The notes beneath the pieces are model-generated. The model ran no database searches, had not been told where the DNA came from, and was given only the letters and a program-made list of their open reading frames with translations. A stretch of DNA of 58,587 nucleotides, counting the filler, from Catajapyx aquilonaris (lineage: Eukaryota): the NCBI GenBank assembly GCA_000934665.2. It is 4 parts of 4 records of this genome, joined end to end, with 100 filler letters (N's around TTAATTAATTAA, not from the genome) between each part and the next. Parts side by side here need not be neighbours in the genome. Positions count along the whole stretch, not along the records: positions 43,979 to 58,587 come from JYFJ02007768.1; 3 more parts are not named here. One strand, written 5' to 3'. Of the stretch, positions 57,881 through 58,587 are shown one piece after another; the first letter of the stretch is position 1, and the number at the start of each line of letters is the position of its first letter. Both the position numbers and the translations under genes were made by a program.

Positions 57881-58381
57881 GCTACGTTGCGACGGAAGGG
57901 TCGTAGGTGGCGCAAGAGGTGGACGGGGATGCACCAGGAGCTGGGAGTATATCCGGAGTACTATAATCCGCGTATAAGGATTCAATTTGACGGTAACTGA
58001 TACCGGTAGTCGGTCGGGGAATTATTTACTTTTCGATTGCAAGTGAACAGAGACCTTCTATTCTAATGAAGGCGTCCCTGGCGTCTTGGGCGCAGCACTC
58101 CATCCCAAGTGACCTCTGACCCTGCTCCAATATGGGCATATTTGAGTGACGTGGCAACATGAGGGATGGAGTTGCCCTTTGTCTTGGTGATGCTGTATGG
58201 CGCAACAATACTGTCCTCTGCTGTGGCCCCGCCAGGCACGGTTCGTCACCCTGCAGGATATTTTTAGTTAATGCGGAGCTGCATTGTAATTCATGTACCA
58301 GCTCAGGTACCGGCTCCCGAGCCGGTATTTCGCGATCGCAAAATACCGCCTGGGTACTGGCTGATGTCCTGGCAATGTCCT

Positions 58382-58587
58382 GGCCATGGCTGTAGAAGAC
58401 TCAGGTTAGGTCACTCCCCACCCACCCCCTGCCGAGGGATTACGCACCGGGTGCTCACCTGAGACCGCCACGAGACATTTCCCAGAGCAATCATGTGGCG
58501 ACCCTACCGGACTAAGGCTGAACTTTATAGGTACGAAAGGGGAGGGCTTGGGGGGCCCAACATGGCCGCCGGCGGCCATGTTGGGCC
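58382..58587. repeat. Inverted copy of 48528-48734 (runs to window end)
   Basis: Reverse-complement match. Confidence 0.85.

Noticed and set aside
58030..58251. Possible minus-strand exon after cctgcag acceptor
   Set aside because: All three frames are partly open and no clear donor or homology fixes the frame.

Overview
Eukaryotic, intron-containing, transposon-rich animal DNA, most likely arthropod or another protostome given the intronless divergent ionotropic receptor. The window is four assembly segments joined by artificial 100-bp spacers (N44-TTAATTAATTAA-N44 at 14501, 29282, 43879), so adjacency across these points is unproven. Host genes read from the sequence: (1) a spliced WD40 gene resembling WDR89 on the minus strand, running off the window start; (2) an intronless 660-aa divergent ionotropic receptor (IR) head-to-head with it, followed by a decayed duplicate of a WDR89 exon; (3) an unrecognised five-exon, about 348-aa gene at 15549-23194 that the ORF track only shows in pieces; (4) an isolated coiled-coil terminal exon at 30.7 kb; (5) one or two exons of an unidentified minus-strand gene at 44.7-47.3 kb. 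The rest is a nest of mobile DNA: a full-length 4.8-kb APE-RT LINE with a 16-bp TSD and one frameshift, a young non-coding LTR element inside a MITE, R1-like LINE 3' fragments, several tRNA-derived SINEs (one V-SINE-like), Helitron, Chapaev/Sola-like, Academ-like and mariner transposase remnants, and many MITEs. No rRNA, tRNA gene, CRISPR array or prokaryotic system is evident. All coordinates and alignments were read by eye and family names are from motif recall, not database searches.
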